The notes beneath the pieces are model-generated. The model was not told where the DNA came from. It was given only the letters and a program-made list of their open reading frames with translations, and did no database searches. Shown piece after piece: positions 52,612-64,000 of a DNA stretch of 64,000 bases. The position numbers and the translations under genes are program-made. The DNA is from an uncultured Rivularia sp. (GTDB lineage Bacteria; Cyanobacteriota; Cyanobacteriia; Cyanobacteriales; Nostocaceae): assembly GCA_963665115.1 (NCBI GenBank), contig OY762007.1:2048001-2112000 (forward strand), read 5' to 3'. Numbering within the stretch: position 1 is the first letter of the stretch; every line of letters starts with the position of its first letter.

Positions 52612-54829
52612 TTAACCGCCTACCCTACTCGCCGTTGAGGCTATCAGGAATGCGCCATATGTCAGAATGTAACCCACGGTAAAGTGAGCTAAACCAATCA
52701 AACGACCTTGAACGATGGACATTGCAACGGGCTTGTCTTTCCAACGAACTAGGTTCGCTAGAGGTGTGCGCTCGTGTGCCCAAACAAGAGTTTCAATCAA
52801 TTCTTGCCAGTAACCTCTCCAGGAGATGAGGAACATGAATCCTGTTGCCCAAACAAGGTGTCCGAATAAGAACATCCAAGCCCAGACGGATAAGTTATTC
52901 ATCCCGTAGGGGTTGTAACCGTTAATCAGCGATGCTGAATAATTCCACAAGTAATCTCGCAGCCAACCCATCAAATATGTTGACGATTCGTTAAACTGCG
53001 CTACGTTTCCTTGCCATATACCCAGATGTTTCCAGTGCCAGTAGAACGTTACCCACCCTACTGTATTTAACGACCAGAATAATGCTAGGTAGAAGGAGTC
53101 CCAACCGGAGATATCACAAGTACCGCCACGTCCGGGGGCCGTCGCAAGGGAATGCATAACCAAAGTCTTTTTTGTCGGGCATCAATTTGGAACCACGAGC
53201 ATCCAAAGCACCTTTAACCAAGATTAAAACGGTGGTGTGAATTGCCAACGCGAAGGCGTGGTGTACCAAGAAGTCCCCAGGACCGATGGTTAAGAATAAT
53301 GAGTTGGTAGTGTTGTTAATGGCATCTACCCAACCAGGCAACCAAGCAGCACCTGCTGTGGATGCAATACTGTCTGAGTTGGATAGCAATGTATCCATGC
53401 CGTACAAGACTTTACCGTGAGAAGCTTGAATGAATTGAGCAAATACTGGCTCAATCAAAATCTGCTTTTCAGGTGTACCGAATGCAACAACTACGTCGTT
53501 GTGTACGTAAAGGCTTAAGGTGTGGAAACCTAAGAAAAGGGATACCCAGCTTAAGTGGGAGATAATCGCTTCTTTATGCTTCAACACGCGGTCTAGTACG
53601 TTGCCTTTGTTTTGTTCTGGGTCATAATCGCGTACCCAGAATATAGCCGCGTGGGCAAAGGCACCAGTCATTAAGAATACTGCAATGTACTGGTGGTGAG
53701 TATACAGCGCTGCCTGTGTTGTGTAATCCCTTGCAATAAATGCATAGGGCGGCATTGCGTACATATGCTGCGCTACCAAGGAAGTAATTGTTCCTAATGC
53801 TGCCAAAGCTAATGACAACTGGAAGTGCAGAGAGTTGTTGATGGTGTCATACAACCCTTGGTGCGGTAAGTTAAATTGTCCTTCAGTTTTGGTGCCAAAG
53901 AACTGCTTAGCATTAAGCATTTCTTTAATGCTGTGACCAATTCCAAAGTTTGTCCGGTACATATGACCGGCAACAATGAAGATTACCGCGATCGCCAAGT
54001 GGTGATGAGCCATATCGGTCAACCACAAGGATTCAGTTTGCGGATGGAATCCACCTAAGAAGGTAAGAATCGCCGTACCAGAACCTGTTGATGTACCAAA
54101 TAGATGGCTTGCAGTATCGGGATCTGCCGCGTAAGCGCCCCAATTTCCGGTGAAGAAGGGCTGCAAACCTGCTGGGTGCGGTAGTGTGCTGAGGAAGTTG
54201 TCCCAACCTACGTGCTGTCCGCGAGATTCGGGGATTGCTACGTGTACCAAGTGACCAGTCCAAGCCAAGGAGCTTACACCGAACAAACCTGCCAAGTGGT
54301 GGTTTAAACGGGGTTCTGCACTCTTGAACCAAGAAAGACTGGGACGGAACTTAGGTTGTAAATGCAACCAACCAGCAAACAAGAATAACCCTGCTAACAA
54401 TAGGAGCAACAACGCACCAGAGTAAAGGTCGTTATTTGTCCGCATCCCAATGGTGTACCACCAGTGGTAGACACCAGAGTAAGCGATGTTAACTGGATAA
54501 TCTACGCCACCTTGAGTAAATGCGTCGATCGCTGGTTTACCAAAGTGAGGGTCCCAAATCGCGTGAGCGATAGGGCTGATATGAAGAGGATCTTTAATCC
54601 ACTGTTCAAAGTTGCCTTGCCAAGCGACATGGAAATTTAGGCTGGATGCCCATAAGAAAATGATTGCCAGGTGTCCGAAATGAGTTGCGAAAATCTTTTG
54701 GTAAAGATTTTCTTCGGTCATCCCATCGTGGCTTTCAAAATCATTACCCATCGCGATCGCATACCAAATCCGACGTGTAGTCGGATCTTGTGCGAGATCC
54801 TGGCTAAATTTTGGAAATTTTGTTGCCAT
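52612..54829 (-). CDS. psaB: Photosystem I P700 apoprotein A2 (+1 frameshift at 53134-53138)
   Basis: [22 protein letters not shown]; removing one base restores [15 protein letters not shown]. Confidence 0.97.
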
Positions 54830-54870
54830 AGGTTTTATAAATCCTCTGACATGAGAGCCATTTAATAATT

Positions 54871-54942
54871 TGAGTTATGAGTTGAGAGTTACGAGTTATG
54901 AGTTGAGATTAACCCCTAACTCCTAACTCCTAACTCCTAACT
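54871..54942. repeat. Inverted STRR heptamer blocks in the psaA-psaB spacer
   Basis: gagttat-type units followed by complementary taactcc units, able to form a hairpin. Confidence 0.7.
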
Positions 54943-54952
54943 ATTGAGCTTG

Positions 54953-57212
54953 CTAGCCTAACGAAAGAATTCTGGCATGGAAGAATGCCCAAGTGGTAAC
55001 AATACCACCCAATAAGTAGTGAGCTACTCCTACAGCACGACCTTGAATAATACTCAAAGCGCGAGGCTGTATTGCTGGTGCTACTTTCAATTTGTTGTGC
55101 GCCCAGACAATAGACTCAATTAGTTCTTGCCAGTAGCCTCTGCCGCTGAACAGGAACATTAAGCTGAATGCCCATACAAAGTGAGCGCCTAAGAAGAGCA
55201 GACCGTAAGCGGAAAGCGCACTTCCGTAAGAGTTGATTACCTGTGAAGCTTGTGCCCACAAGAAGTCGCGCAACCAACCGTTAATGGTAATGGCACTTTG
55301 AGCAAAGTTACCGCCAGTCAAATGCGATACGTTGCCTGATGCGTCTACGGTTCCCCAAACATCTGACTGCATCTTCCAACTGAAGTGGAAAATTACAACA
55401 GATATACAGTTGTACATCCAGAACAATCCGAGGAATACGTGATCCCAACCGGATACTTGACAAGTACCACCGCGTCCGGGACCGTCGCAAGGGAAACGGA
55501 AGCCTAAGTTTGCTTTATCTGGAATTAAGCGAGAACTGCGTGCAAACAGTACGCCTTTCAACAGAATCAAGACGGTAACGTGAATTGTAAAGGCGTGGAT
55601 GTGGTGAACCATGAAGTCAGCGGTACCCAAAGCAATGGGCATCATCGCGACTTTTCCGCCTACAGCTAAAATACCGCCACCGAAAGCATAACTAACGGGT
55701 TCTAATGCATTAGGTGCAGTTCCACCAGGTGCCAAAGTGTGTAGATTTTGTACCCACTGAGCAAATACTGGCTGTAATTGAATCGCCGTATCCGAGAACA
55801 TATCTTGGGGACGACCTAAAGCACGCATGGTGTCGTTGTGAATGTAAAGTCCAAAGCTGTGGAAGCCAAGGAATATACATACCCAGTTCAAGTGAGAGAT
55901 AATCGCGTCTCTGTGGCGAATTACTCGATCCAAGAGGTTGTCTTGGTTCACTACAGGGTCGTAATCACGAACCATGAATATAGCAGCGTGGGCTGCTCCA
56001 CCGACGATACAGAAGGCACCAATCCACATATGGTGAGTGAAGATACACAACTGAGTTGCATAGTCAGTTGCCAAATATGGATAAGGAGGCATCGCGTACA
56101 TATGATGCGCGATGATAATCGTCAGCGAACCCAAGAAAGCAAGGTTAGTTGCTAATTGAGCGTGCCAAGATGTGGTCATGTTTTCATAAAGTCCCGTATG
56201 ACCTTGGCCAGTAAAGGGTCCTTTATGATTCTCCAAAATGGCCTTGATGCTGTGACCGATACCCCAATTGGTACGGTACATATGACCGGCAACGATGAAC
56301 ACTACCGCGATCGCCAAGTGGTGATGAGCAATGTCAGTCATCCATAAGCCGCCAGTTACTGGGCTTAAACCGCCTTTAAAGGTCAAAATATCTGCATATT
56401 GACCCCAGTTCAAGGTGAAGAAAGGCGCTAATCCGTTGGCAAAGCCTGGATAAAGCTCTGTCAACAGGTCTTTGTTCAAGATGAACTCGTGAGGCAGCGG
56501 CACATCTTTGAGGGGAACTCCCGCATCCAACAACTTATTAGTTGGGTTAGATACGTGAATTAAGTGCCCAGCCCAGCCCAAGGAACCACAACCCAACAAC
56601 ACTGATAAGTGGTGGTTGAGCATCGACTCCACATTTTGGAACCATTCCAATTTGGGAGCTTTCTTGTGATAGTGGAACCAACCAGCAAATAGCATCAAAC
56701 CTGCCATTACCAATCCGCCGATGGCGGTGCAGTATAGCTGGAATGAGTTGGTTATACCCCAACCGCGCCATATCTGGAATAGACCGCTTGTGATTTGGAT
56801 TCCGTGGAATCCGCCACCCACATCTCCATTTAATATCTGTTGACCAACTACAGGCCAAACAACCTGAGCGCTGGGCTTAATATTTAACGGGGTCCATTAA
56901 CCAAGCTTCGTAGTTGGAAAATCGAGCGCCGTGGAATATCATCCCGCTCAGCCAGATAAATACTACGGCCAAATGTCCGAAGTGGGCTGCGAATACTTTG
57001 CGGGATACGTCTTCTAAATCGCTTGTATGTGAATCAAAATCATGGGCGAGTGCGTGTAGGTTCCAAATCCAAGTAGTGGTTTTTGGACCTTTAGCAAGGG
57101 TTCTATCGAAATGACCGGGTTTGCCCCATCGCTCAAACGAAGTTGGCACTGGGTCTTGATCGACAACGATTCTTGCTTTCTTTTCCTCTCGCTCCGGAGG
57201 ACTTATTGTCAT
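54953..57212 (-). CDS. psaA: Photosystem I P700 apoprotein A1 (+1 frameshift at 56889-56892)
   Basis: [14 protein letters not shown]...; [15 protein letters not shown]; removing one base gives [14 protein letters not shown]. Confidence 0.97.
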
Positions 57213-57683
57213 TCGACCTCCTCTCTAAAAAAAGGACTGAGGATTTGCTGCTAGTTGTCTTTACAAATAAATGGCACGTCATAATAAAATGCGTTTCCAC
57301 TCATATGCTTTTTTTCGCTCGCAAAGACTCTATGCGTTTATTGCTTTCTGGTTGAATTATAAAGTCATCTATCCCACATTGTGAGCGTTAAATTAACAAT
57401 AATTAAAACTTCGATAATTTTCGTCTTATTAACCTTTTAGCTTTGAGACGTTGGTCAAAAAGTCAATAGTTTAAATATTTCGTTACAAACAGCAACAGTT
57501 CGTATAATTAACTCTCGTACATAGCATACAAGTTAATAAATGTGTTACCTCAGATTATTGTTTTATCTTATAGCTGCAATATCTGAAGCAACCATTCGGT
57601 ATAAGGTGGACACATAGCATGAATGAGATTCATATGTAACAATAGATGCTTTTAATAACTACATAGATACCAGTGAAATCATC

Positions 57684-57701
57684 TATGTAAAATATTGTAA
57701 A
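57684..57701 (-). promoter_or_regulatory. Perfect HLR1 (RpaB) box upstream of psaA
   Basis: Minus strand TTTACAAT-AT-TTTACATA. Confidence 0.7.
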
Positions 57702-57896
57702 TATCTGTTTGGCGTTATAGATTATATGCGTTGTGTGATTTCAAAAAACATATGAACCGGAAATTTGTATTTTCGTCAACCTGTTTAGCAAGCGATCAAA
57801 ATAAGCAATTATTTTATTTTTGATATGAATGCTTTATGTACTATAGGTACTTGAACAAAGACTAGAAAAATTTATCGGGATACCAGGTAAAGAAAT

Positions 57897-59804
57897 ATGG
57901 ATTCATGGTTGAAAGCGAAGAGATATGTCCTGTTTAAGAATTTGATCGTATGTCTGCTGGTATTGAGTTTGGCGGCTTGCGGCGATAAAGCGATTGGGAA
58001 AGACGTATCTATTCAACTAGCTGAAAAACCAGTACAAGAAAAAAACGCTCAACTTTCCCGAAAAATCTCCGAAGTTGCTCCTCCCGAAGTTATTCAAGAA
58101 TTGCGTCAAAGTTTAGACGTTTACCAACCACAGGTAAAAATACTCAATCCTCAACCGGATCAAGTATTAGAATCAAATAAATTAAAAGTTAGTTTACAAC
58201 TTAAAGACTTACCAATATTTAAAGACGCACGGTATGAATTGGGTTCGCATTTAGAAGTAATTTTAGATAATCAACCCCAATTAGAAATTTATGACTTAAA
58301 TCAACCATTAGAGCTATCAGATTTATCTCCAGGTACTCATACCTTGCGTGTATTTGCTTCTCGTGCTTGGCATGAAAGCTTTAAAAATGAAGGTGCTTAC
58401 GCTCAAACAACTTTTCACGTATTTACTAAGAGCGATGATAATAATCCAGATAAAAATCTGCCAATATTAACTTACAACAGTCCGCAGGGTAGTTATGGTG
58501 CAGAGCCAATTCTACTTGATTTTTATTTAACCAACGCTCCATTACATATTCTTGCTGAAGATAATCCCGATAATCCGATTGCAGATTGGCGAATTCGCTG
58601 CACAATTAATGGTGAAAGTTTTATTATTGATAGATGGCAATCTTTGTATTTAAAAGGATTTGATTTCGGTCAAAATTGGGTTAAATTGGAATTTCTTGAT
58701 AATCAAGGTAATCCAGTTAAAAACGTTTATAACAGTACCGTTAAAGTTATTAATTACGAGCCAAAGGGTAAAGACAGTCTTGCAAAAATCGTTCGAGGAG
58801 AACTTTCTGCGGAAGAATTGCGCGGAATTGTAGACGCAGATTATGCAGTTAAAATTCCCATAGAAACAACACCCGAAAATAAAGAAGAAGAAGATAATGG
58901 TGGATTTTTTAATCGATTCAATCGTGGTGAACAAGATAAAACACCTACTCCACAACCTACCATAGAACCGATTCCCGAAATAATAGAAACTCCACAAGCG
59001 GAAACAAAATTAGAAGAAACAATTCCAGAAGTAATAGAAACTCCACAAGCGGAAACAAAATTAGAAGAAACAATTCCAGAAGTAATAGAGACACCGGAAT
59101 TAGGAACTGAGTTAGAAGAGACAATTCCAGAAATAATGGAAACCCCACAATCTGAAACTCCTTTAGAAGAGACAATTCCAGAAGTAATTGAAACTCCACA
59201 ACCCGAAACTTCTTTAGAAGAGACAATTCCAGAAGTAATTGAAACTCCACAATTAGAAACCGATCGAGAAAAACCAGAAACAGAAATCATTCCAATTCCA
59301 CAACCAGAATCTAAACCTGATGGATTCTTTAATAGATTCAAACGTGCTGAAGCAGAAGAATCAGAACCTGGTGGATTTTTGAATAGATTTAAGCGTCAGG
59401 AAGAAGATAACAAACCAATTCCGGAAGTTATCAAAACTCCCACATTACAGATAACACCAATTCCAAAAATAGAAGAGCAACCTGAAGTAAAAGTAGAAGA
59501 AATACCACAACCAAAAATAGAAGCAACTCCGGAATTGCCATCGACATTACCCGAAATTGTTGAACCTTTAGAAAACGAACCTCCAGTAACCCAACCGGAA
59601 GCCCAAATAAAAATAACTCCAGAAGCAAAACAATCTACAACTAAGAGATTAGGGGAATATTTTAATCTTCCTCGACGTACAATTCCCGTACCTACACCAG
59701 AAATTTCTCCGAAAATTGAAGAAGCAGAGATTAAACCTACATCAGAACAAAACCAAAAAATTGCTGTTCCCGAAATACCTGCTCGGACAGAACTTGTTCC
59801 ATAA
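57897..59804 (+). CDS. Lipoprotein with conserved N-terminal domain and Pro/Glu-rich repetitive tail
   Basis: LAAC lipobox; PGTHTLRVFASRAWHESFKN motif. Confidence 0.8.
   Translation: MDSWLKAKRYVLFKNLIVCLLVLSLAACGDKAIGKDVSIQLAEKPVQEKNAQLSRKISEVAPPEVIQELRQSLDVYQPQVKILNPQPDQVLESNKLKVSLQLKDLPIFKDARYELGSHLEVILDNQPQLEIYDLNQPLELSDLSPGTHTLRVFASRAWHESFKNEGAYAQTTFHVFTKSDDNNPDKNLPILTYNSPQGSYGAEPILLDFYLTNAPLHILAEDNPDNPIADWRIRCTINGESFIIDRWQSLYLKGFDFGQNWVKLEFLDNQGNPVKNVYNSTVKVINYEPKGKDSLAKIVRGELSAEELRGIVDADYAVKIPIETTPENKEEEDNGGFFNRFNRGEQDKTPTPQPTIEPIPEIIETPQAETKLEETIPEVIETPQAETKLEETIPEVIETPELGTELEETIPEIMETPQSETPLEETIPEVIETPQPETSLEETIPEVIETPQLETDREKPETEIIPIPQPESKPDGFFNRFKRAEAEESEPGGFLNRFKRQEEDNKPIPEVIKTPTLQITPIPKIEEQPEVKVEEIPQPKIEATPELPSTLPEIVEPLENEPPVTQPEAQIKITPEAKQSTTKRLGEYFNLPRRTIPVPTPEISPKIEEAEIKPTSEQNQKIAVPEIPARTELVP
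58971..59276 (+). repeat. Six tandem 51-bp (17-aa) coding repeats
   Basis: IPE(V/I)IETPQxETxLEET units starting at 58971, 59022, 59073, 59124, 59175 and 59226. Confidence 0.9.
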
Positions 59805-59981
59805 ACTGACGGTTTCTTCAAACAGTATAAAAAAAATTATTGGGGCCGCACTTTCGCAGCAGGATATTAAGGAAGCAATTAATAGTTATAATCAAAATTA
59901 TCTTGTATTAATACGGTGCGTTAGCCGCGAAACTACAAACTTCCAATGCCCAATGCCCCATCCCCAAATCCCAACTTCAAA

Positions 59982-61400
59982 ATGTCTCGCATTCGCGCAC
60001 CGGAATTACCACAAAATTATCCTTGGTTAAATACCGATAAACCTTTTTCTTTAAAACAGCTTAGGGGAAGAATAGTAATTCTTGATTTTTGGACTTACTG
60101 CTGTATTAATTGTTTGCACGTTTTACCGGATTTAAAATATCTCGAACAAAAATACAAAGATAGCGTTACTGTAATTGGCGTACATTCTGCCAAATTCGAT
60201 AATGAAAAGGAAACCGAAAATATCCGTCAAGCCGTGTTACGTTACAACATCGAACACCCAGTTTTAGTTGACAGGGATTTTCGAGTTTGGCAAGAATATG
60301 CTGTGAAGGCTTATCCTACTTTTGCGGTAATCGATCCTCAAGGTTATCTGGTAGCCACTTTGACGGGTGAAGGTAAACGTCAAATTTTAGATGAGTTAAT
60401 TCAAAAGTTAATTCAACTGCATCAAGAAAAAGGTAAAATTAATTTTCAAAAAATAGATGTAATTTTAGAAAAGGATAAAACACCTTTAATTACACCTTTA
60501 GCTTTCCCCGGTAAGGTTTTAGCCGCTGATTCAAAATTATTTATTGCTGATTCCGGGCATCATCGTATTGTTGTCAGCAGTTTAAATGGAGAAGTTTTAC
60601 ATTTAATTGGTAGCGGTAATGGTTTAAAGGATGGGAGCTTCGAGGAGGCTACATTTTTCGCACCTCAAGGAATGGCTTTTGATGATGTTAATAATATTTT
60701 GTATGTAGCCGATACAGAAAATCATGCCATACGCAAAGTTGATTTTAAGCATCAAAAAGTAGAAACTATTGCTGGTATTAGCAAAAATCTTAATTCTCCT
60801 TGGGATTTAGTGAAATTAGGAAACAAGCTATTTATTGCAATGGCTGGTTGTCATCAGATTTGGGAATTGGATTTAGCAAGCAATATTATTAAAGTTTACG
60901 CTGGTAGAGGTGCAGAATCTTGCTTTGATAGTGAGCTTTCTGAATCAGCTTTTGCTCAACCTAGCGGTATTGCTACTAATGGTAAGAAATTATATATTGC
61001 CGATAGTGAAGTTAGTTCGATTCGCGCTATTGATTTAGAAAAAAAATTAGTCAAAACAATCTGCGGTAGCGGAGATTTAAATGCTTTTGGTGATGTTGAT
61101 GGACAAGGTTTTGATGTCAGATTACAGCATTGTTTGGGAATAGAATATTTTGACGGTTTTTTGTGGATAGCCGATACGTATAATCACAAAATTAAGTTAA
61201 TAAATCCGGTGACTGGTGATTGTACAAGTTTTTTAGATGGCTGTTTATCTGAGCCTTCGGGATTAAGTATTTTTGATGGTTATTTATATATAGCTGATAC
61301 TAATAATCATGCAATTCGTAAAGTTAATTTAGATACTTTAGTTGTGGAAAATATGGAGTTGGTTGGTTTGTGTGCTGCGGATTTTTGTATTTTTAATTAG
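59982..61400 (+). CDS. Thioredoxin-like plus NHL-repeat protein (SOQ1/NHLRC2-like)
   Basis: DFWTYCCINC and repeated IADxxNHxIR; start MSRIRAPEL. Confidence 0.88.
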   Translation: MSRIRAPELPQNYPWLNTDKPFSLKQLRGRIVILDFWTYCCINCLHVLPDLKYLEQKYKDSVTVIGVHSAKFDNEKETENIRQAVLRYNIEHPVLVDRDFRVWQEYAVKAYPTFAVIDPQGYLVATLTGEGKRQILDELIQKLIQLHQEKGKINFQKIDVILEKDKTPLITPLAFPGKVLAADSKLFIADSGHHRIVVSSLNGEVLHLIGSGNGLKDGSFEEATFFAPQGMAFDDVNNILYVADTENHAIRKVDFKHQKVETIAGISKNLNSPWDLVKLGNKLFIAMAGCHQIWELDLASNIIKVYAGRGAESCFDSELSESAFAQPSGIATNGKKLYIADSEVSSIRAIDLEKKLVKTICGSGDLNAFGDVDGQGFDVRLQHCLGIEYFDGFLWIADTYNHKIKLINPVTGDCTSFLDGCLSEPSGLSIFDGYLYIADTNNHAIRKVNLDTLVVENMELVGLCAADFCIFN

Positions 61401-61645
61401 TTTTTTTATTCACAAATTACTGATTTTTAAAAACCGCAGAGAACGCGGAGAGCGCGGAGGAAAGAGGTTGAAGAGGAATGGTAGTTTTCGAGCGAAAGTG
61501 AGGTAGTTATTTGTCTGCAAATTGGCAGATTATCTCAATAAGCTAGTTTAAGTTATAAGGATAATAGTATTTATCATTCGTTGGTTCATTTGCTTGTTAT
61601 TACTGTTGCCTGTTCCCGATTCCCTGTTCCCTTTTTACAATTCAT

Positions 61646-62080
61646 ATGAACGATAGTTTTATACTTTTAGAATGCGATGATGTTGTACTTTTAGGGGAAG
61701 ATACTTTTAAGGTTAGTAGAATTGAACGGCTAATTGAAGAGAATATTAATGAGAAATTGCAAAGACACATTTACGAATACAATAGCTTTCATCCCGGTGC
61801 TTCGATGTTGGAGTTTTTCAGCAGTATACCCATCGGTAAGACAAAAATAGATTTAGCTGAAATTAAACATGAATATATTAAAAATTGCCAAGTTTTAAGA
61901 AGTAGCGGACAAGGTTGGGAAAAAGGTAAGCTGAAAATAGGAATACGAATATTACCTGCAAAAAACTATGATAATCAAATATATTTAAAATTTTATCCAG
62001 ATGAGCCTATAGAATATGAAGCTTTTTTAGATGATATTTTTCAGATAGTTTCTGATAATCCAATTGGTGAATGGAAATAA
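61646..62080 (+). CDS. KGK domain protein
   Basis: CQVLR..GQGWEKGKLKI..LKFYPDEP and LDDI motifs. Confidence 0.75.
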   Translation: MNDSFILLECDDVVLLGEDTFKVSRIERLIEENINEKLQRHIYEYNSFHPGASMLEFFSSIPIGKTKIDLAEIKHEYIKNCQVLRSSGQGWEKGKLKIGIRILPAKNYDNQIYLKFYPDEPIEYEAFLDDIFQIVSDNPIGEWK

Positions 62081-62159
62081 AGTTAGGGAAGATTTGGGAT
62101 TACCGCAAATTTAAAGGAACCAACCCCCGCTAATTTGGGGGGCTTAGATCGTGTTAAGG

Positions 62160-62639
62160 TTACAATTTTGCCAATAGTTGTTCGGCAGTACTGACTTCTA
62201 TATTTCCACCTTCTTCGAGTTCTAATTCCTTGACTACACCATTTTCTACTACCATCGCATAACGTCGCGATCGCATTCCCAATCCTTTGGCAACTAGGTC
62301 TAATTCAAAACCCGCAGCCTTAGTAAATTCACCAATCCCATCGGCTAGCATTAAAATATCATCTGCCTTCTGGCTTTTCCCCCAAGCATCCATAACGAAA
62401 AAATCGTTGACGGAAATACAGGCAATTATATCAACACCTTTAGCTTTAATTTTCTCTGCATTTTGAATATAACCGGGGAGATGCTGAGCCGAGCAAGTTG
62501 GTGTAAATGCACCAGGTACGGCAAATAAAAGTACCTTTTTATCTTTAAATAATTCGTCTGTAGTTATATCTTTAGCTCCCGATGCATCCATATGCTTTAA
62601 AGTCGCTGAAGGAATTTTATCGCCTACTTTGATAGTCAT
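62160..62639 (-). CDS. Type II peroxiredoxin (Prx5-like)
   Basis: PGAFTPTCSAQHLPG, SVNDFFVM and RSRRYAM motifs. Confidence 0.93.
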   Translation of the reverse strand: MTIKVGDKIPSATLKHMDASGAKDITTDELFKDKKVLLFAVPGAFTPTCSAQHLPGYIQNAEKIKAKGVDIIACISVNDFFVMDAWGKSQKADDILMLADGIGEFTKAAGFELDLVAKGLGMRSRRYAMVVENGVVKELELEEGGNIEVSTAEQLLAKL

Positions 62640-62716
62640 ATCTTGTTTCTACTCTGGAATATATGCTTTTATTATCAACGAGTATGTGCAAGATTAAACA
62701 ATAATCAAAAATTAGA

Positions 62717-63308
62717 TCACCACTCTTCAGCCCAATAAACAATTTCTGAAGTCGTATTATTAATTGCTACTCCATAACTATCTCCATGATTCCAGGAAAA
62801 GTCGTCAGAGGTGCCGCGATTATTGGCGTTTAATACTAATATTTCATAAGTTGACGGAAAACTCTCTGCTTGTAAGTCGCTGGTATATAAAAAAGTGGTG
62901 GGTACGCCATTTTCTTGATTTGCGTGGTCATTTGTATCACCACCTTGATATTGATGTTTGGCTATATTCCTATATTTATTAAGTGCTTTTTTTATCTGCT
63001 GTTTTGATAATTTCATCCTCAGTTGAAAAATTCTGCCGTATTCTGGAGAAACCTGGATAAAAAATAACCCGCACATCTTTAGCAACGCTGGGAATGATGG
63101 CGGGAAAATGGTTTATTTGTGTTTGATTAGACCAGGTATTATGACGAATCTCTTGATAATTTGAATTATCTACTACTATCTCAGTTTCTTTTTTGTTATT
63201 AAAAGCCTGTGTTAAAAAGAATCCTCCCCCGACAGATCCTACACCTCCCAAAGATAGTAAAGCTATCATGGCGAATTTCAATATATATGCTTGCTTCATC
63301 GAATCCAA
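62717..63308 (-). CDS. Membrane-anchored hypothetical protein (probable +1 frameshift near 63049-63051)
   Basis: Two overlapping ORFs join as FYPGSPEYGRIFQLR if one base is removed; N-terminal TM segment; WNHGDSYGVAI...IVYWAEEW C-terminus. Confidence 0.65.
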
Positions 63309-63500
63309 AATTTTAATTAATCAAATAGATATATATTCAACTAGTAATAAATCTCGTATATTTACACATCTAGCTTTAGATATATTTACTCTATTGTTAC
63401 ATAAAATCAGTATAAATCCGGTTTGCACTAAGCAGTTAACAATGAGAAAGGGGGGAGAGGGTAATTTTAACCTTTAACCTTAATTATGATTAACTCTTTA

Positions 63501-64000
63501 CTATCCCCAATGCCCAATGCTCAACGCCCAATGCCCTGCTATCATCCCAACAAGCAAAATAAAACCAATCCAGACGTTTTGTCGGAACATCTCGCCGTAG
63601 GCTGCATTTGGTAACTCTGTTTTTTTCAAGCGTAAATATTGCCATGCCCATCCAGCAAACGCGATCGCAACACTTACCCAAAATGCAATATTAAGATGTG
63701 TAACTATTCCTAACCAAATTAAGAAACCAACAGTGCCAATAAAAAAGACACCAATAGCTTCTTGTACGTAGTTACCAAAAAATAAGGCGCTGGAATTTAC
63801 TCCGATACGTTTGTCATCTTCTCTATCGCTCATGGCATAAAGGGTATCAAATCCTAAAGTCCATAAAACAGTCGCACCCCACAGCAGCCAAGTTGGTTGC
63901 GAAAGGTTCTGCGTAACTGCACTCCAACTAATTAGTACGGCGAAACCCCAAGCAATAGAAAGCACTAACTGGGGTACGGGAAATACCCTTTTTGCACCTG
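63501..64000 (-). CDS. 4-hydroxybenzoate solanesyl/polyprenyltransferase (UbiA family), 5' part outside the window
   Basis: AKRVFPVPQLVLSIAWG and FDTLYAMSDREDDKRIGVNSSA motifs. Confidence 0.9.
   Translation of the reverse strand, partial: GAKRVFPVPQLVLSIAWGFAVLISWSAVTQNLSQPTWLLWGATVLWTLGFDTLYAMSDREDDKRIGVNSSALFFGNYVQEAIGVFFIGTVGFLIWLGIVTHLNIAFWVSVAIAFAGWAWQYLRLKKTELPNAAYGEMFRQNVWIGFILLVGMIAGHWALSIGHWG

Noticed and set aside
52612..57212. psaA/psaB as true pseudogenes, split genes or far-red paralogues
   Set aside because: Each has one homopolymer +1 base with otherwise canonical Nostocales sequence, and there is no far-red gene cluster context

Overview
AT-rich chromosomal window from a heterocyst-forming (Nostocales-type) cyanobacterium, indicated by abundant HIP1 GCGATCGC, STRR heptamer repeats, psaAB, ldpA and a patS gene missed by the ORF track. 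Most of it is housekeeping or signalling genes: GCS2 ligase, MocR/PhzF/EamA, Ycf45, ldpA, two-component and c-di-GMP proteins, lepB, pyrC, tsaE, yvcK, ruvC, cysteine desulfurase, beta-PGM plus GH65 phosphorylase, metalloprotease, GNAT-ruvX-DUF3727, kptA, Omp85, Ser/Thr kinase, psaA/psaB, peroxiredoxins and a UbiA prenyltransferase. A small-element mobilome is laid over this. An IS630 splits an M.HaeIII-like methyltransferase and a MITE with related ends splits an EamA transporter; both are TA-targeted and removing them restores the reading frame. Two different HUH/Y1 (RAYT-like) transposases each have their own REP family, and one is followed by a 3 x 107-bp tandem array and adjoins a 5'-truncated bioA. 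REP-bracketed accessory genes and short elements nested inside REPs also occur. Signals read directly from the sequence: patS (MCCNYCDERGSGR) with an upstream HetR-type GGGN5CCC box, a 60-aa orphan ORF under three NtcA-type boxes, NtcA class II-like promoters for a metalloprotease and a REC-GGDEF-EAL gene, HLR1 (RpaB) boxes upstream of psaA and of a small AtpTheta-like ORF, and a symmetric MocR operator. Eight genes, including psaA and psaB, carry single +1 frameshifts, probably sequencing/assembly errors; several lie at GGCC/GGWCC/CCWGG motifs. All family calls are from motif recognition, not database searches.
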